From: Eledone cirrhosa
Lineage: Eukaryota
Length of the DNA stretch: 64,000 nucleotides
Direction: 5' to 3'
NCBI GenBank assembly: GCA_964016885.1
Contig: OZ024753.1
Location: forward strand, 4,092,001-4,156,000
Below, in pieces: positions 1 to 12,625 of this stretch. A program made the position numbers and the translations under genes. Position 1 is the first letter of the stretch, and each line of letters begins with the position of its first letter. The notes below the pieces were generated by a model. The model made no database searches. It saw only the letters and a list, made by a program, of their open reading frames with translations, and was not told the DNA's origin.

Positions 1-416
1 ATAAAAACAATATATTTTTTCTTATTTTATCATCATAATCAGAATTGTCGTCGACAATCATCATGGACAGCAGCAACAATATGAACAGCTGCAACATCAC
101 GTGGGGAGCCATTGCTTTCTTATAATTGTTGACAATTTTCGTGCATCGTCTTCTTCTTTATCCATTCTTTCACGTTCATCTTTCACCATTTATTATCCTC
201 GTCCACCTAATGTTCTTCTGCTCTTGTAATTTTCTAACACTACTCTCATTGGAGAAGCATAGATCCGAACAGAAACCTTGTTTGATCGTTAGTTATGACA
301 TTTTATATTCTGTGTTCAATTCATACCAATCCCGTCTTCTGTTTCATCCCTTCAGCTTGCTAATATAACCAAAAGTTCAGAATATAATTGTATGTGCCTG
401 TTTCTTCCATTATTCT

Positions 417-590
417 GTATCGGTAGAGAGTCAGACACCATGTTTGCAGCATAGAGTTATGACCTTCACGGTCTTCAACTCCCAATGACGTTAAATTTGC
501 CTGTCATCCTTACGGCGTCGATAAAATAAAGCACCAGTATTGCACTGGGGTAATTGCTGGCCTTGTGCCAAAAAGTAGAAACAATTATTT
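417..590 (+). mobile_element. tRNA-derived SINE (Meta-like core)
   Basis: TTTGCCTGTCATCCTTACGGCGTCGATAAAATAAAGCACCAG core and GTAGAAACAATTATT tail shared with the 27.1-kb copies. Confidence 0.8.
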
Positions 591-1941
591 TGTGGATGAT
601 TTCCAAAATAGAGTTCCCATATGTAAATACCTGTCTCCTTTTGTTGTTTTGGTTTCAAATTTCAGCGATATTCACAGACCTTGGGTTGTTAAATAAAATC
701 TTATTTGAGAAAAGGGTGACCGTGTTATTAGCTTCGGACAATTGTACAGTAGTTTTTGCTCCGGCCCGTTACATTCTGGGTTCAAATCTTGCCTCATTTC
801 TGTATCTGTCAGAATTTATGTCTCTTATAGGGAGAATCGGAAGGTATTTTCGGATGAAAATTTAAATACACTCTACACAGCGATATATATATATATAGAG
901 TAAAATTTACAGTTCATGAATCAACCTGTCAACAAACATTAACACATATTAAAAGAAAGAAACTGAGAGCAGAGGAATAACCTAAATCCACAAAAACAAG
1001 TCTTCAATGAGAGGAACTGTATCTCCGCACAAGCAGTAGCATTTTATGACAATTATAGGTGTATATATGGAAGAAATAGGAATGGCAGTCCATCTGACTT
1101 GATACAAAGGGTAGAAAAAGGAATAGAATAAATTGAATGCACGTTAAACATGTTTTACTTTGTGAACGTGATGCAAAAATATTCCTTATTAGAATAGCCG
1201 AGGTAAGGTCAATCTATTCAAGAAATATTTGAAAGAATGGATTATATGGACTAGTAGTTAAATGTGAGACTACTAAAACCAGCCTACCAGAAATGATTAC
1301 CTCATAAATAATCCGATCTCCGAACACTCACGGGCATCTTTGTTTCCTATTCGAACGAGACACTACCCTAGTTATTTGAACAGTAAAAATAAAAGATCAG
1401 GTAGTATTAATACATTACTGAATTAAACGAGAACACGTTACCAGTTGTTGTTATTTTACATTTCAATTCTGAGATTTTGCAAACGATTGCGTCTAGGGTA
1501 TCAGAAAAACTGAAATTTATTTGAAAATCAGACACTTGCAACAAAATAAATGAAAAATAAATATTTCCTTTTACACAAGGTAACACATATACAACAGATG
1601 TTAACACAAAGGAAAAAAAAAACGATTTTATTGGAACGACATCATAAACACACTAACTTCATCATGTCAGGAAATTATTTTTGATTTCGTTTTTGTCACT
1701 GGAAACACGAATAAATAGAGGCAGTGTGTTACCGTTTTGTAAAGAAGCAATACAATATACTATATAGTCAAGGTGTTAGGCTTCTAGAAAAGAAAGAAGG
1801 GACAGAAGGACATTCCTGTGTATTAAAAAAATATCAGTTGGATGAGGTAAATTTTGTAGGTATGTATATGCATCTTTCATAATAATTGCGAATGTTTGAC
1901 CACCACCCCACAAGTTAGCTATTCAAAATTAGTTATATTAA

Positions 1942-2162
1942 CACTTTAGCATTTAAACCGGCCGTATCCAGCCATAATTATCTCACCCCTTTCTATTCAA
2001 ACTGACTGCAACCAGCCGTCCATACTGATATTAACGTATTGTTCTCAAATTGAATAATATCGAAATCTCAAAGATTTAATGTTATATGAGATAATTATGT
2101 GAGGTAAAGCCTTTACCATGAAAATACAATAGTAAATATAGAGTCATATAAATGCTAAAGGG
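1942..2162. mobile_element. piggyBac-type MITE
   Basis: TTAA (1938-1941)-CACTTTAGCATTTA...TAAATGCTAAAGGG-TTAA (2163-2166); 13/14 TIR match. Confidence 0.75.
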
Positions 2163-3083
2163 TTAAAAGCATTTAATATACTTGTATATAAGCCATCTGT
2201 ATTTAGAACCACACCATTAGTTTAAAAAGTGTGGTATCAGTCCTAGTGGCTATACCTGCTTTTCAATTACTCTTCGTATTATTAATTTTAAAAGGGTATA
2301 GAAAACATTTGCAATATACCCGTTTTTTCAATTCACAATGTGTATTGGTACGAAAGAACTAGCATGTGTTTTATAACTCACAGAAGACAAACACAATTAT
2401 CGATGCAATATTGTTTGTTATTAGTAACTTCATTTATTTATACACGCAGCACGAAGTGAATACATAATTTTAATTTTAACAATGTTTTGATGCCAAGTCA
2501 CGTATTTTCTCAAACCAAATTAGTTTTTTTCCAGGGAAGTAACAAGGAAAATGTATTGGGGTGTGATTATAAGACATATTGTTATTTGAATTGTATCTTT
2601 AACCATTCATTAATAAATTCATCCATCCATTCATGTGGCATTACACTGATGTGTTACTGATATTACTATTGTTAATATCTCGTGCAAGTAAACCTTTAGG
2701 TAATTTTCACTTGAGATTGTAGTACAGTGTTTGAATCGTTTTCACTCTTGAGGCGTTACAGCCAGACAGCTTTCTAATTAGAGACAGATCGCCAAACCTG
2801 ATTGAAATTTATAACGCATGTAAAACAGACGGTTTAAGACATGAAGAAAGCCATTTGGGAAATATCTCAAAATTAACGATAAATTTTAAAAGATTAGATT
2901 ATTCTTTGTCCAGTCGTTGAGAACGTGAAGAGATAATTAACAATTTGGAAGATTTACCTAAGAAACTATGTTAAAGTTCCTCATACGCTTAATATTCTTC
3001 CGGCTACGCACACGTATGTATCTAAATACATTCCTAGCGTTGCATATAAACATACTCTCATACATACATACATACATACATAC

Positions 3084-3127
<44 letters not shown>

Positions 3128-3464
3128 ACACACACACGCAAACACGAACACATACACACACCCACCCACGCACACACACACATATGTATATATATATAAG
3201 ACCACAACACACACTCGGTGTATACAAGTGATAATTCTAACAATTTGGAAGTAATCACTAACACTTATTCTAAACATGCATACATAATTGCTATCATCTC
3301 GTTAGGCATAGAATAACATCACTGGCAGATAATCTATCTATATTGGTGAATGTGAGCCCTGCAGTGGCTTTTAAAGCCTGTTAGAGACTTGCAGGTTTTA
3401 CTGCATAAAATGCATTGGAATCACTCGTTCCATAATTTAGATCTTCAGTCATATCCGGACCACG

Positions 3465-3540
3465 ATGATGTACATTTGAATGCGTTGTAAGTCCTGACTT
3501 ATTCGAACATTCTCTGCCACATATACCACACGTTACAGTG
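3465..3540 (-). pseudogene. Isolated C2H2 zinc finger, probably a retroelement C-terminus
   Basis: TCGICGRECSNKSGLTTHSNVH, just downstream of the RTE fragment on the same strand. Confidence 0.5.
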
Positions 3541-3689
3541 ACTGCAATTAACTGTGGTTTAGCGACTCGATAAGAAGAAGTAGAGAATAGATTCTCAGGC
3601 CTACATACACATAGGTATAAATACATTTCAGAAATTCAGCATGTAAAAACTGCTTGTATTTATGGATATATACAGAAACATATTCATAC

Positions 3690-4085
3690 TTTCAATATGC
3701 CCATCAAATCAGAGCTGCGATCTATCAATTCGGAGAAGTAGCGGCTTTATCTGGTGTAACTCACTGACTTTCGCGCTACGTACCTTATCGAATAACGTTA
3801 CTCCAAATACTTTCCGGAAGAAACGCATTTCGGCCGCTTGTATTCGCGATCGTATTCTTTCGATTATTACCCAAGATTCATGGTCATAGATAAGGGTCGG
3901 CAGGAATACAGAATTGAAGATAGTGAGTTTGAATTTTACACCCACCTCCCTTCTTTTGATTACAGAATCCTGAAGCTGGCGTATTACTGAACCAGCTCCT
4001 GAAATTCTTGTATTTAATTCAGCCTCCTGGCTTCCATCACTCGTGAATACATCTCCGGGATGATTGAACTTCTCCACCTGCTTTA
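3690..4085 (-). pseudogene. RTE-clade LINE RT C-terminal fragment
   Basis: QVEKFNHPG, LPTLIYDHESW, IQAAEMRFFRKVFGVTLFDKVRS, PLLLRIDRSQL*FDGH. Confidence 0.88.
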
Positions 4086-5214
4086 GTTGAACATGAAAAA
4101 AAGGAGGTTTAAAGTAAATACTATTAATGTCGACGAATTGTACTTAAAATAAATGTTTCAAAAAAGAATAACCAGTATTCCCTTGTTAAAGTTTGTAAGC
4201 AAGAACAACTTTAATACATATATTCCTTTTCATTAACACACCATTTGAATATGTTAAGGTATTTTGAGTAAATTTTAGATTTAGTGATTAAAGTAGATAC
4301 GCGGATTCTGCATGGTATTGTTTGTTTCGCTATAAAGGAACCAAGTGTTTTACGTATTTTACACATCTCAAGACTTGTAGATATTTATTTTATAATTGGT
4401 CTTTTCTATTAATATCATCTGTTCACTTCCAATTCTCGTACTATATGTTAAATGTATTTGGAAAATCCCAAACTCTTTACATTATCATGTCAGTATATAA
4501 TTGATTTCATGATTTACTTTTTTTTTTATAAAAATAGCATACAATTAAAAACAAATATATAATATATAAAGAATATTTTATCTAATGTGTTTTGATTTTT
4601 TAAATTCCTATTGCCAAACAGAGTTCAGGGAAGATGGCAACTTGTCTTACAAATATATACTTGCATTCTATGTTCTGTCAGAAGTTAACATTGTCAGCAA
4701 TTTTCTTGTAAATGTTACACAACAACGGCGAAAAGGTGGACTTACTTCTATATAGTATGCTGGCGTTATTCCTTGTCGGTATAGTAAATCAACTCTAATA
4801 GAACAAATATTTGATTACATGTGTTACAGCCGTGATTCCCTTGATGTTTCTTCAAAGAGATCATATGTTAGGGTGTAATTTGGGAAAATGAAGATGCTAT
4901 TACTAGCAAGCAGAATGAATGCTTTGAAGCTTCGTCATTGATTCATTCTAAATGTACTACGTTTAACACAAAATTCTCGATGTCTAAGAAAGTGTTTATC
5001 ATATATCTTTACTTATCACAATTCAACGTAGATAGTCAAACTAGCTGTGTCAATTCTAAAGCCATGCAGCTCTAGATAGTGCAGGGCGATATCTACTTCA
5101 TCCAGAACAAATAATATTCAGTGACACATGATTTGTAAATTATTCATATGTTTCATCAACTCAAATCCAAGAAAAATGTATTTCAAAAACCAATAGTATC
5201 ATAATTATGTTTTA

Positions 5215-5330
5215 TTTTAAATTTGGCACAAACCCATCAATTTGTGTGGAGGAGACACTATATTACATAGACCCATTTACATTAATGGTGCTTTACGTTA
5301 TAGTCCGTAGAATGAGGGAAGGTAAATTCT
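5215..5330 (-). mobile_element. Degenerate SINE copy
   Basis: Weak match to the tail (GGCACAAACCCATCAATTT) and core. Confidence 0.4.
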
Positions 5331-7008
5331 GATAGTAAAGGGCCGTAACTACATGCTACATGGTGGGCATTGTATTGGTCATGATGGGTGTGTGGTTCAA
5401 TCAATTATGATTGCAGGAAGCAATTGCTTAAATATTAAAAGAACGTATTACTAAGATTTTATATTGAATTATATGTAAATCCTATCTAAATAAAAAGAGT
5501 TATTTTATGTAGAAGTGCAGATATATGTTGTATAAAATTGACTAAATGAATGTCTATAATTTCTCTATATCTTCTGAGAAATGGCAAATTTAATGTAAGA
5601 ATTTCATATACTAAATAGAGGCATTTTGTGAAATACTCTCCGTCTGAATGTTCCGTCATATTATGGAACCCATTACAGAATTTATAAGTCATATGAGTTT
5701 ATTTTTATGTATAGACTATGACAAAATAAATAAATACAAATGTATTCACCTTTGCAACGATTATGCTGTCTACATGAACCGATGTCTGCAATGTATTCCC
5801 ACTACAATTGCCAAATTACTTTATTACTTTATTGCTATCAACAAATATTTTATGCACATAAAATCAATACAGACATGTGAATATTAAATGCATTATTAGT
5901 TCATAAGCACACGCAGATATGATATCATTACAACAACCTCGATATCATAACATTTAACACACAACAACACCTTGAATACAACAGAAAATGGAATAGAAGT
6001 ATAACATTTGAAAATTTAGGGAATATTTATCAAAATATAAACGAGTTAACTAGGAACATTCGTATATTACATTTAAAATAGGGTGGTAAAAAGAGTATCA
6101 ACGAACTTGAGATAGTATGAAGAATGTGCTGAATACTCAGCTAATGGAATTGGTTTAAGTGATATTAACATCTAGATTTACACAATGGGTACCCTAAGTC
6201 AGATGATTTAAATGTATGAATCCAGCACCCATATTAAACATCACATTTTGTTTTTAAATTCCAAAGCTTCTTGTTTATTTGTCTGTCATTTGTGGGTTAA
6301 TAGAAATTATATCACATCATTAGAAGTATAAGCAATTAAACGCTATGAACGGCGTTTGGTAATTTTATATTTCCTATTATGTATTTTGTGCTACCATATT
6401 TATTAGCCAGTTACATGAAACCATCGAAGAACAAACGTACTGATTATATGTTTTACAAAGTTTTCGTGTCCCAATGGCTGCAAAGCAAATAACTAGTCTT
6501 GCAATTGAAAGTGGCTCTAGTTTTTATGATAGAATAATAGTAACATTATCGATTAGAACCAGATACCAAGGGAGATATTTAACGCAATTCAGGTAGCAAT
6601 ATCGTCATCACCAGCTCAAAAACATTTATTATATTACATCACATACCTGGCTAAATGCAATTACCAAATAACTGTCTAAACTCTAGGTCAGTTTCGATTT
6701 TACTGTATGAAATTCATTCATTAATTTTAGTGGAAAGCAATGAAAATAAGGTGAAATATATTATCTCGCTTAAAACATAATTGATTCCTCTAACAGCTAT
6801 GGTCGTAACAGAGCCATCAAAAATGGGTATAATAGATATAGACACGCTCTCAAATATGCAAGATATCTCTGCACTGTACTAGCAACCGTTGAAGGGTAAG
6901 TGCACAGATTTGTATACCAGCCCAATAGAGAGGTATTGCCAGCTACGAGTAGGACTTAATACAGACAGACACAGACCCCCCCCCCACACACACATACACA
7001 CACACATA

Positions 7009-7058
<50 letters not shown>

Positions 7059-8851
7059 CGAGAAGATAAATATACGAGAAGATAAATTATATTTCCTTTG
7101 TTTAGTCCAAATCAATTATGTTTGAAGTGAATGCGCAAGATATAGATACAATTTACAAGGAGAAATAATAAATAATTGTCAGGATAATCTCATTTGATTA
7201 TCAAAAATTCCTCGGTATTACATTCACATCTAACATAGCTGCTCATCATCATCATAGGCAAAACATATTTCCAATATTTGATCCACGTACGAGATTTCTA
7301 CACTTCCGAGTGAGTAAAAGCTTTAGATCTAAAATATTAAATTTAATGTCTGTCCAAAGCAAGTAGGCGACATCCTACCGGTGCTTCTTCTGATTTCATT
7401 TGCCTTAAGTAACTGCAGGTACAGGTCCAGCATCAGGTCTACAGCATACAAAGAAAATTCAGCGAAACAAGGGAGAAAGGACAAACTGTACTAGATATCT
7501 ACAGAGACTCCTGATAAAAACGACTTTCCAGAATATTTACCCAATGCCAATATTCCAAAAATCACTAGGTACGAATCGACACTCAGCGATGACATACGCT
7601 ACGTAACACTATCTTATTTTAGCGAGAAATCTACCTCTGCGATCCGTCAATAGGGAAGGGCTAAACATGAAACCAGTAATGCTTCAGGATTTAATGTTTC
7701 TGCGTGTTTATGAATGCTTTTAGGGTGTATGTGTATGTATATATGTAAGTATGTGTGCAGTTATGCCACTGTCAGTACTTATGTATGTATGTTTGTGCGT
7801 ATGTATGTATGCATCGAAGGGCGGAGGAGAGGAACTCAAGAGAGTTAACAGCCATCCAATAAAATACTTTTTTTGTTGAAGCGAGAGACTCTAAGTCTTC
7901 ATTAAGACATCTCTCTAGGAGATGGTCACTCTGATATAAAACTTGTGACTTCATTTGCATCTAATGATGTAGACCAGTCCTCCCTTTTGGGCAAATGCAT
8001 TCGATGTTCCGATGTTCCGATGTTCCGATGGTTCCCTGCAAAGCCTTTCCTCACTTAAAAAAGCTTCAAGCTCAGGCATCGCTTGATATGTGTCATTCTT
8101 GTGGTTTTGCTGCTCATAGGCAAGTCCCTAGTAGGATCAAAAGCCACGTCCATGATGCTCATGCTTAAGCATCAAGCGATGGTGTTACCCGAAATCGAGG
8201 TGCAGCCATCATGTATCTATGCATGTATGTATGCATGTATGTGTGTACGTATATAGTATATATGAAATCACTTTTATGAACATATCGGTCGAAAATGATA
8301 TAATATTTCGTGATTACATCAATGCACTTCTTAGAGCAAACTTTGAAATTATGGGAGAATCTGTAAAACACAAAATACAATTGTTAATGTTTACTACAAT
8401 CATGAACAGATTTGAATTTGTTTCTATCATAGATGCACGCATGTTACAAACAAATAATACATTATTGATTATTTTAGAAATGGAAGGATTGAAAACACAT
8501 GAAACCCGTCCCGATTTGACAGAATCAATGCTAAACACGGATCATAAACTTGTATTAGTTTTAAAGTAAGAAGTAACATTATATAAAAAGTAAATGTAAA
8601 ATACTACCAGGCAAGTATTAGAATATTTGTTGAATTCTGTGTATGATACTATTGAATGGGATCTTTAAAAAGAAGTTTATTTCAACTTTTTAAAGGAGTT
8701 AATAAGAGATGCAAAACAAGTATTATAATTACTATATTATATTATAATGATATAGAGAGAAAAATGTGGAGTCGTATGGGTGAAGATAAAGATATATATA
8801 TATATATCTTTATCTTCACCCATACGATTATTTCTCTCTCTCTCTCTCTCT

Positions 8852-8889
<38 letters not shown>

Positions 8890-9410
8890 AGAGAGAGAGA
8901 GAAATAGTCGGCCTCAGAATTGGGACCGTAATACACTTATAGGGTTCGGAATTATAAATGCAAAGTTGACCGTGGCAAGATTTGAACAGAGAATACAGAG
9001 ATCCTTAGAAAACCGAGGCATGTTGAAACAAACGCCGTACCATCTCTGCCTATTCGTTAACTTGCTCTTTAAAAAAGTTTACATCAGAAAGTATGTTGGG
9101 ACAAAGCTTGAGAGGAAAATAGTAAGCAATGGTTACTTTCTATGGGACCATAGAAAGAGATTTACGCATACTGAGGAACTTCCCTAAATTTCTTGTAATC
9201 CAAGTTGACAAAACATTAATTAAATCTCCAAAAAATTAATGTTATTTTGACGATCTAATATATTGTTTTTAAACATTGATTAGTTTCTACTAAATTTTAT
9301 CAACACACACACACATACACATCCAAACACACACACACATATATAGCTCACTAAAATAAATTCGGTGACTTGGGCAATCTCCTTCTCTTTTACTATATAT
9401 ATATATATGT

Positions 9411-9501
<91 letters not shown>

Positions 9502-9554
9502 TGTGTGTGTGTGTGTGTGGGGGTGTGCGTATGTGTGTGTTTATTTTAGGTTTT

Positions 9555-9615
9555 GCCGTCTGAAGAGCTCAGGCAACCATAACTGATAGTCGTCAGTGAA
9601 ATATGTGTAACAGAG
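9555..9615 (+). ncRNA. Decayed hammerhead-like motif
   Basis: CTGAAGA-G...GTCAGT-GAAA-TATGTG-TA-ACAG. Stem I is poorly paired. The segment lies between microsatellites. Confidence 0.45.
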
Positions 9616-9679
9616 TTTTAATTAAACCTGAATCAACTGAATATGGCCTCTGAATTTTTTAAATTAATATATACATGTA

Positions 9680-9713
<34 letters not shown>

Positions 9714-9735
9714 ATATATATATACACTATATACA

Positions 9736-9781
<46 letters not shown>

Positions 9782-9782
9782 A

Positions 9783-9988
9783 AATAGGAACCAGTAAGAC
9801 CCCGACAGCTGAGCTCAAGCCGTTTCGACGGCTAATTCTGGACTCAGAAGTCCAGAATTAGCCGTCGAAACGGCTTGAGCTCAGCTGTCGGGGTCTTACT
9901 GGTTCCTATTACCCACTCTACTACCTCAAGTATTGAGTACTTTGGTGCGTTATGGTCCACCTGGTTCCCTACCACATTTCCTTCGTTA
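9783..9988 (+). mobile_element. Fold-back PLE-like stub with 62-bp perfect hairpin and 3' half of a hammerhead
   Basis: Arms 9783-9844 / 9849-9910 with loop CAGA. Contains GAAA-CGGCT..AGCTG-TC. Ends CCTTCGTTA-TATA. Homologous to 59495-59710. Confidence 0.75.
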
Positions 9989-9997
9989 TATATAAAT

Positions 9998-10127
9998 AAA
10001 AAGAGATGAAATCGAAAATGCAACTGAAGTCATATTTTTTTAAAAAATATATATATTTATTTGGTTCCTTTACCGGTTTCGCAGTTCTTCTGCTTTTCAA
10101 AAGGTGAGTTGAGATGGAGGGTCTGTG
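9998..10127 (-). mobile_element. Short copy of the 39389 family 3' end
   Basis: GATGAAATCGAAAATGCAACTGAAGTC...GGAGGGTCTGTG is shared with 39399-39520. Confidence 0.7.
10067..10104 (-). ncRNA. Minimal type I hammerhead, U3:A8 core variant
   Basis: Minus strand reads CCTT-TTGAAAA-GCAG AAGAA CTGC-GAAA-CCGG-TA-AAGG; all three stems pair. Confidence 0.72.
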
Positions 10128-10541
10128 ACCGACTCATGCATATTCTCTTCCTTATATAGGATATCACAAGTATCTATTCAACTTGTTACAAAACATTGAA
10201 TGCTACCGCAATGCAGAGCAATATTCTTGATGGACATGTCAAAATATCGTCTAAACTTTGAAGCTTTCAAAGAAGATTTCTATATCGTTTTACAATATAG
10301 TGGATGCATTCCGTCTTAATATATTTAATACATAAATTTACACCAATTTAGTGAACACATTTCAATTGATATAACACAATTGGCTGCAGCCTTGCACTTA
10401 ATCGAATAACGATTTAATAGAAGTTCAGTCGTCCATTGACCCAAATATTCCATGCACAAACACTTCATATAGTGAAAAATTGTCATTAGTACTTCGTAAC
10501 ACACAGTCGTTCAAGTGTATGCGCGCGCGTGTGTGTGTGTT

Positions 10542-10587
10542 TCTCTCTCTCTCTCTCTCTCTCTCTCACACTCTCTCTCTCACACTC

Positions 10588-10671
<84 letters not shown>

Positions 10672-10823
10672 TGTGTATATATATATATATATAATGTTTA
10701 TATATATATATATATATATATATGTTTATATATATATATATATATATATGTTTATATATATATATATATATATATATGTTTATATATATATATATGTTTA
10801 TATATATATATATATATATATAT

Positions 10824-10906
<83 letters not shown>

Positions 10907-10984
10907 TGTTTATACATATATATATATATATATGTTTATATATATATATATACATATATACATGCATATAAATATATATATACA

Positions 10985-11026
<42 letters not shown>

Positions 11027-11081
11027 TATATATATATATATACATATATACATGCATATATATATATATATGTTTATATAA

Positions 11082-11113
<32 letters not shown>

Positions 11114-11305
11114 ACATGCATATATTTATGTATATATATATATATATATATATACATGCATATATATATATATATATATACATATATACATATATATACA
11201 TACAGATATATACATACATATATATACATACAGATATTTATAATGATATAGATATATATATACATATATGTACAAATGCGTCTATATATATATATATATA
11301 TACAT
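10542..11305. repeat. (CT)n followed by interrupted (TA)n array
   Basis: Direct reading; GTTT and CATGC interruptions. Confidence 0.95.
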
Positions 11306-11724
11306 ATGTTTACATATATATGTACCCATATATACGTATATATTTTGCATACACACACGCACAAACGCGCTCAAGCACACACATATATGTGTATACTCTT
11401 CGGGTGTATACAATGGTGTGCTTCTGCATGTTTGTGTCGTTATATGTGCATCTATATATCGCTTAATACTTGCACGTTATAATATATGATAGTTCAGCAT
11501 AATGTAATTTGAAGAGATGTGAGATATAAATGTACTGTCAGGATGCGATGGTGTAATTGACTTCATGCTTGAATGGTTAAATCGTTAACCGGTTGATATA
11601 CGTCACGGTTTATCGCTTCTCCCGTAATACACTTTTCGTGCAATACACTTATACATATATATACATGTATATTTATAACATGAATAGGAATAAGTATATC
11701 GTTGTATCTCTCATCCCAATGTGT

Positions 11725-11771
<47 letters not shown>

Positions 11772-11829
11772 TGATGAAGGACTAATTTTATTCACATGTA
11801 ACCCATGTGCAACTACGCAGCACGCCAGT

Positions 11830-11893
<64 letters not shown>

Positions 11894-12040
11894 TATTTTC
11901 CGTTGTGTTGTAATATAAATATTACACACAGTAGATTGACAGCTGACGTAGAGTTTGCTCGACGGTTCCAGTTGTAGTTCCAAAAGTAATCCGGAGAAAA
12001 ATAGAAAGATTTGAATGGATACAGTTTAGTTGAAAGGAAT

Positions 12041-12053
12041 TTATATATATATA

Positions 12054-12100
<47 letters not shown>

Positions 12101-12116
12101 TTATATATATATATGT

Positions 12117-12172
<56 letters not shown>

Positions 12173-12233
12173 TTATATATATATATATGTGGATATATGT
12201 ATATATATATATATTTATATATATATATATATA

Positions 12234-12272
<39 letters not shown>

Positions 12273-12290
12273 TTATATATATATATATGT

Positions 12291-12326
<36 letters not shown>

Positions 12327-12342
12327 TTATATATATATATGT

Positions 12343-12378
<36 letters not shown>

Positions 12379-12440
12379 TTATATATATATATATATGTGG
12401 ATATATATATATATATTTATATATATATATATATATGTAT
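12041..12440. repeat. (TA)n array with higher-order GTATT / GTGGA / GTGCA units
   Basis: Direct reading. Confidence 0.95.
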
Positions 12441-12489
12441 GTAAGTATGTATGTATTCGTGAATAAATAATAATAATATTATAAAGTGT

Positions 12490-12625
12490 CCCGCCGAGGC
12501 AGCAGCCTGGTAAGGTTTGTTTGTGGAAGATAAGCTGCCGCATATGCATACCGGTCTTTCCACTCCATGCAACCTATGTTGCCAAGTGGAAAGTCAATTG
12601 CGGATGCAGCTTGGCAACGTTGGAA
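12490..12625 (+). mobile_element. Possible degenerate Ceph-domain SINE fragment
   Basis: ATGCATACCGGTCTTTCCACTCCATGC...CCAAGTGGAAAG...GATGCAGCTTGGCA resembles my recollection of the Ceph domain; single copy in the window. Confidence 0.3.
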
